From: Faecousia sp.
Lineage (GTDB): Bacteria > Bacillota > Clostridia > Oscillospirales > Oscillospiraceae
DNA length: 45,854 bases
Reading direction: 5' to 3'
NCBI GenBank assembly: GCA_045578025.1
Contig: JAZNJN010000022.1
Span: 1-45,854, forward strand
Part shown: piece after piece, positions 39,564 to 45,854 of the stretch
How positions within the stretch are numbered: the first letter of the stretch is position 1
Layout: each line of letters begins with the position of its first letter
The notes under the pieces: generated by a model
What the model was told of the DNA's origin: nothing
Seen by the model: the letters and a program-made list of their open reading frames with translations, nothing else
Database searches by the model: none
Made by a program: the position numbers and the translations under genes

Positions 39564-40972
39564 GCTTCATCCTCCTCGTATACGATCTTATTGAGTGCGC
39601 TGATGTAGGCGCGAATACTGGCACCCACGATGTCCGTGGAAATGCCCTTGCCGGAATAGAGCTTTCCACCGGAACGGAGCTTTACGATGGTCTGACCCAT
39701 TGCGCCGCGGCCCTCGGTAACGGACTGGATCTGGAAATCGTCCAGCTCATAATGCTGACCGGTGATGCTTTCAATTGCGAGGAAAGCGGCATCAATAGGG
39801 CCGTCACCGATGCTCACACCCTCCAGAGTGCTGCCGCCTTTTTTAAGCTTCAAATGAGCGGTAGAGGAGATGGTGTTTCCGGAGGTGATCACATAGGTAT
39901 CCAGTACGTAGGTTGCCGGCACCTGCATAGCAGCAGAGGCAACAATGGCATCCAGTTCCTTGTCAGACACCTTTTCTTTCTTGGCAGCAATTGCCTGGAA
40001 GGCTTCATAAACTTTTTTGCCGTCCTCTTCGGAAAGATCATATCCCAGACGGTCTACCGCCTTCAAAACGCCGCTGAGGTCATCGTGAGCGGTGAGATAG
40101 ATGCCAGAATCCTCATCCCGGACACCGTTGTCAAAGGGAGAGCTCTTGCTGCGCACGGTCTGGCACATCCAGGAAATCTGATTGACTGTGCGGCTGAGCT
40201 GTGTTGCATTGACAGAGCAAGCTGCTCCCATGCTGTCACCCCGCATATGGATCACCCGGGAGATATTCTCCAGAGATGCGGCGTTCATACTGAAGGCGGC
40301 AGCTTTCACTTCGGATGCGCCCTGACCGATGGATGCGATCACACAGGCATCTGCCATTGCCATGGCATTGGAGCAGGAAATGCCCAAATTGACATTCGCC
40401 AGTTCCGGTACACTAAGATTCAAATTCTGTACAAATTCTGCAAACTCAACCGGCAGCATCGTACCGGCAGTATCGCAGATTGTTACAGTGGTAGCACCGG
40501 CGCTGACAGCGACAGAAATGGCCTGTGTCAAAAATGCAGTGTCGCTGCGGGTCGCATCGTCTGCGATAAACTCTACATCCGGGCAAAGCGCCTTGCAGGC
40601 CGCCACAGTTTCCTTGATCGCAGCCAGCATAGCCTCTGGCTTCTTGTGGAGGAAATACTCCATCTGCACAGAGCTGGTAGGAGCGCAGACCTGCAGACGG
40701 GGTTTCTTTGCATATTGCAGTGCATTCCATGTGGTTTCCACACTATCTGCAGTAAGCTGTACGGGAACGGCAATGGTACTTCCATTGACTACAGACGCAA
40801 TGGATTTGATCTGCAGAGCGTCGATCTTCTCGTTGCGGATGCCAACCAGTTCAATCACAGATACACCCAGCTTATCCAAAAGCTTGGCCATCTCGATCTT
40901 CTCCTTAAAAGAAAGGGAGAACACACCGTCTGCCTGCTTTAAGGTTACATCGCTGATATGGATCGTCTTCAT
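39560..40972 (-). CDS. 2-isopropylmalate synthase (LeuA)-like protein with degenerate catalytic barrel and intact C-terminal regulatory domain
   Basis: LeuA-like scaffold (EKIEMAKLLDKLGVSVIE, DATRSD, DTAG) and regulatory domain (GDGPIDAAF, QSVTEGRGAMG, STDIVGASIRAYISALN). The RDGEQ, HCH and GERAGN motifs are absent. Confidence 0.82.
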   Translation of the reverse strand: MKTIHISDVTLKQADGVFSLSFKEKIEMAKLLDKLGVSVIELVGIRNEKIDALQIKSIASVVNGSTIAVPVQLTADSVETTWNALQYAKKPRLQVCAPTSSVQMEYFLHKKPEAMLAAIKETVAACKALCPDVEFIADDATRSDTAFLTQAISVAVSAGATTVTICDTAGTMLPVEFAEFVQNLNLSVPELANVNLGISCSNAMAMADACVIASIGQGASEVKAAAFSMNAASLENISRVIHMRGDSMGAACSVNATQLSRTVNQISWMCQTVRSKSSPFDNGVRDEDSGIYLTAHDDLSGVLKAVDRLGYDLSEEDGKKVYEAFQAIAAKKEKVSDKELDAIVASAAMQVPATYVLDTYVITSGNTISSTAHLKLKKGGSTLEGVSIGDGPIDAAFLAIESITGQHYELDDFQIQSVTEGRGAMGQTIVKLRSGGKLYSGKGISTDIVGASIRAYISALNKIVYEEDEA

Positions 40973-40999
40973 AATTATTCCTCCTGCAGCATAAAAATC

Positions 41000-41268
41000 A
41001 AAAATAAAATCCCTGAGGTCTCGTTGACCTCAGGGACGAATATACAATCCGCGGTACCACCCTGATTATTTCTCCAAAGAGAAATCACTTCAGACTCCAA
41101 CAAGTCCTATCCCGTAACGGGGGAGACCGGGTCCCATTACTGACAAGAGCGTTCACAGGACCGACTCGGGAAGCAGAGCATCCAATCAAGCTGCGCAGGC
41201 TCACACCGGCCGCCTGCTCTCTGGAACAGTATCTGATAGGACACGTTTTCCGTCAATGTCTTTTACAA
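41000..41268 (-). promoter_or_regulatory. T-box riboswitch leader, predicted Leu (CUG specifier)
   Basis: AGAGA and GGTGTGA Stem I motifs; specifier loop t-CTG-c (41174-41176); AGTA in Stem II; CCGTTA; AATCAGGGTGGTACCGCG T-box; terminator 41001-41036. Confidence 0.88.
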
Positions 41269-41278
41269 TATTGCAACC

Positions 41279-41307
41279 ATTAAAGCATAAACCCGCTGTT
41301 TTGTCAA
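41279..41307 (-). promoter_or_regulatory. Sigma-A promoter of the Leu T-box operon
   Basis: TTGACA-N17-TTTAAT with extended TG. Confidence 0.78.
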
Positions 41308-41398
41308 TGAAAATCCGGAAAAGAGCATTCAGTCATTTTGCACAAAATTCGATAGCGTACCGTCAATATTTTCCACCATGTCTTTTGGAGGAAAATAT

Positions 41399-41427
41399 TT
41401 GACTTTTTCTCGCGGACATGTTACAGT
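41399..41427 (+). promoter_or_regulatory. Sigma-A promoter of the Ile T-box gene
   Basis: TTGACT-N17-TACAGT with extended TG. Confidence 0.7.
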
Positions 41428-41437
41428 ATCTGCAATA

Positions 41438-41696
41438 CAAAAAGGCACTGACGAAGACGGTAAGATTTGCAGGTCATTCAGAGAGCCGGCGGGTGGTGTG
41501 AGCCGGATGAATGCGATCTAAATACCCATCCCTTCTGAGCCGGAGGACTGAACGAAATGGCTAGTAGGTTTCTCCCGTATGCCTGCGTTAAAGGATAGGA
41601 CTTATTCGGGTCTGAAGGGGCGGCTTTTGCCGCAATTTGAGTGGTACCGCGGGTTTTTGCTCGTCTCAAGCTTTCAGCTTGGGACTTTTTTATTTT
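41438..41696 (+). promoter_or_regulatory. T-box riboswitch leader, predicted Ile (AUC specifier)
   Basis: AGAGA and GGTGTGA motifs; specifier loop c-ATC-c (41528-41530); AGTA; GCGTTA; AATTTGAGTGGTACCGCG; terminator 41663-41696. Confidence 0.9.
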
Positions 41697-41715
41697 CCGG
41701 GAAAGGATGAACGTT

Positions 41716-43983
<2,268 letters not shown>

Positions 43984-43992
43984 CAACAGATA

Positions 43993-44021
43993 TTGACAAT
44001 TTTATCGTATAATGGTATAAT
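43993..44021 (+). promoter_or_regulatory. Consensus sigma-A promoter of the Val T-box gene
   Basis: TTGACA-N17-TATAAT with extended TG. Confidence 0.88.
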
Positions 44022-44029
44022 CCCATGAA

Positions 44030-44308
44030 GTAAAAGGCATTGATGGAGAAATCCTTTTTGCAGGTCTGTCTCAGAGAAATGGCGGTTGGTGCAAGCCATG
44101 GCAGAGGCAAAGAGAATGTGGCTCCGGAGCCGGGAGAAAGAAAGCGAAAGCAAGTAGAATCTCTCCGCGTCAGCTGCGTAAGTGCTCAGGGTGATTCCAC
44201 CCGTTAAGTGGTATCTGCTGTGAGGCGGATGCAATTTGAGTGGTACCGCGGGTTGTTTCGGCAGCTCGTCTCAAGGGATTATCTTTGAGGCGGGCTGCCT
44301 TTATTTTT
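44030..44308 (+). promoter_or_regulatory. T-box riboswitch leader, predicted Val (GUG specifier)
   Basis: AGAGA and GGTGCAA motifs; specifier GTG-g (44118-44120) before the CTCC/GGAG stem; AGTA; CCGTTA; AATTTGAGTGGTACCGCG; terminator 44260-44308. Confidence 0.88.
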
Positions 44309-44329
44309 AAGTAACCGGAGGTACATGTT

Positions 44330-45854
44330 ATGGAACAGATTACCGGAATTACATATCAGATCAAAGAAACGGCCAGAAGAATCCGGGAGCTTCGGGAGAT
44401 CACCGGACTTACCGTGGAAGAAATGGCCAAGCGAACGGATCTGAGTGTAGAAGAATACATAGAATGTGAAAACGGCAACAGAAACTTAAGCATAGCCTTC
44501 CTGTATCGCTGTACCTTAAGCTTTGGCGTTGATATGGGTGACCTTTTGGAAGGTCGCAGCCCCAAGCTTCAGACCTATGCTCTGACAAGAAAGGGAGAGG
44601 GTCAGCGAATCGAAGAAGCCCATCACATGATCGGCTATAACCTCGCTGCCGGTTTCCGTAATCGTATCGCGCTGCCCCTTTATATGGAGCTGGTTTATCG
44701 CTCCGGCGCCGAATACGAGGATATCGAACTGGTGACTCACGAGGGACAGGAATGCGACATCGTCATTCGCGGCAGCATGCGGATCCAGATCGGCGAGAAG
44801 ACGGAGATCCTTCACGCCGGCGACTGCATCTATTACGATTCCTCCATTCCTCATGGTATGATCGCGGTCAACGGTGACGACTGCGCTTTCTATGCCGTTG
44901 TGCTGAGCAACTCTGCCGCCCGTGAAGGGGAACAGGCAGCTGCTGTTGCCACTATGCCGGAGATCAAGACTACTCCGGATACCCAAAAACGTATTTATCG
45001 GAACTTTATCACCCCCACGCTGGGTGACAATCGTCAGCTGGAAAAAATTGAATTCCAGAACGAAGAAAAGTTCAACTTTGCTTTTGATATCGTGGATGCT
45101 CTGGGTCGCAGCAAGCCCGAAAAGCTGGCCATGCTGCACTTGAGCGAAGACGGCACGGAACGCCGGTTTACCTTCCAGGATATGAAGAAGGAGTCTGCAA
45201 GAGCGGCAAACTACTTCAAATCTCTGGGCATCAAGCGGGGCGACCGGGTCATGCTGGTATTAAAACGGCATTACCAGTTCTGGTTTGCCATTCTCGGTCT
45301 GCATAAGCTGGGCGCTATCGTCATTCCGGCGACCAATCAGCTTCAGGAAAAGGATTTCTCCTACCGGTTTGAAGCCGCCAATGTCAAGGCAATCCTTTGC
45401 ACCGCCGACGGCATTGTGGCAGATGCCGTGGAAGATGCCGCAGCAAAATGTCCCTGTCTGACAACAAAGATCCTGGTCGGTGGCAGTAGGGAAGGGTGGC
45501 ACGATTTCAACGAGGAATACCCTCTGTTCAGCAGCCACTACGCAAGGGCAGCGGATGCTCCCTGCGGCTCTGATCCCATGCTGATGTTCTTTACCTCCGG
45601 CACCTCCGGCTATCCCAAGCTGGCTGCCCATAACTATAAGTACCCTCTGGGTCATTTCATCACCGCAAAATACTGGCACCAGGTCAACCCCGACGGCCTG
45701 CACCTGACCATCTCCGACACCGGCTGGGGCAAGGCTCTCTGGGGCAAGCTCTACGGCCAGTGGATGAGCGAATGCGCCGTCTTTGTCTACGACTTCGACC
45801 GCTTTGACCCGGCAGACATCCTGCCCCTCTTTGCCAAATATAATATCACCAGCC
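44330..45854 (+). CDS. Second XRE-HTH/cupin-fused acyl-CoA synthetase (partial, runs off the window)
   Basis: Not in the ORF track (no stop in window). Own translation: MEQITGITYQIKETARRIRELRE...THEGQECD...PHGM...NYFKSLGIKRGDRVMLVLKRHYQFW...FTSGTSGYPK...GWGKALWGKLYGQW; GGAGG RBS; paralogue of 41716-43983. Confidence 0.9.
   Translation, partial: MEQITGITYQIKETARRIRELREITGLTVEEMAKRTDLSVEEYIECENGNRNLSIAFLYRCTLSFGVDMGDLLEGRSPKLQTYALTRKGEGQRIEEAHHMIGYNLAAGFRNRIALPLYMELVYRSGAEYEDIELVTHEGQECDIVIRGSMRIQIGEKTEILHAGDCIYYDSSIPHGMIAVNGDDCAFYAVVLSNSAAREGEQAAAVATMPEIKTTPDTQKRIYRNFITPTLGDNRQLEKIEFQNEEKFNFAFDIVDALGRSKPEKLAMLHLSEDGTERRFTFQDMKKESARAANYFKSLGIKRGDRVMLVLKRHYQFWFAILGLHKLGAIVIPATNQLQEKDFSYRFEAANVKAILCTADGIVADAVEDAAAKCPCLTTKILVGGSREGWHDFNEEYPLFSSHYARAADAPCGSDPMLMFFTSGTSGYPKLAAHNYKYPLGHFITAKYWHQVNPDGLHLTISDTGWGKALWGKLYGQWMSECAVFVYDFDRFDPADILPLFAKYNITS

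Noticed and set aside
39560-40972. Calling this gene leuA or cimA
   Set aside because: The catalytic RDGEQ, HxH and GERAGN motifs are absent, so the symbol is withheld.

Overview
Mostly core chromosome of a spore-forming Bacillota (Clostridia). Gene content and order suggest an Oscillospiraceae-like gut or rumen organism (inference). Bases 1-34.9 kb carry housekeeping genes: ruvX/yqgF, a split TauE pair, a parvulin foldase, 6S RNA, DUF1292, a class A PBP, ecfA1A2T-truA, a ClpE/C-like ATPase, murB-whiA-dnaE, lipoprotein+RR+HK, and DUF1385-prmC-recA-recX-rimO-pgsA. They also include a PyrF homologue that has lost its catalytic residues. The right 11 kb holds two notable systems. (1) A spore-coat cotJC gene lacks its 5' end and is abutted by an intact large serine recombinase and an unannotated 39-aa ORF, consistent with a sporulation-gene-intervening element whose other end lies outside the window. 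(2) Three acyl-CoA synthetase genes each sit behind their own T-box leader, with specifier codons read as Leu (CUG), Ile (AUC) and Val (GUG). The Leu arm also encodes an apparently catalytically dead LeuA that keeps its Leu-binding domain, plus a TIM-barrel/ligase fusion. The Ile and Val ligases carry N-terminal XRE-HTH/cupin domains. I infer a three-branch system that activates branched-chain fatty acids for Leu, Ile and Val synthesis. All calls come from reading the sequence and motifs by eye; no searches were run.
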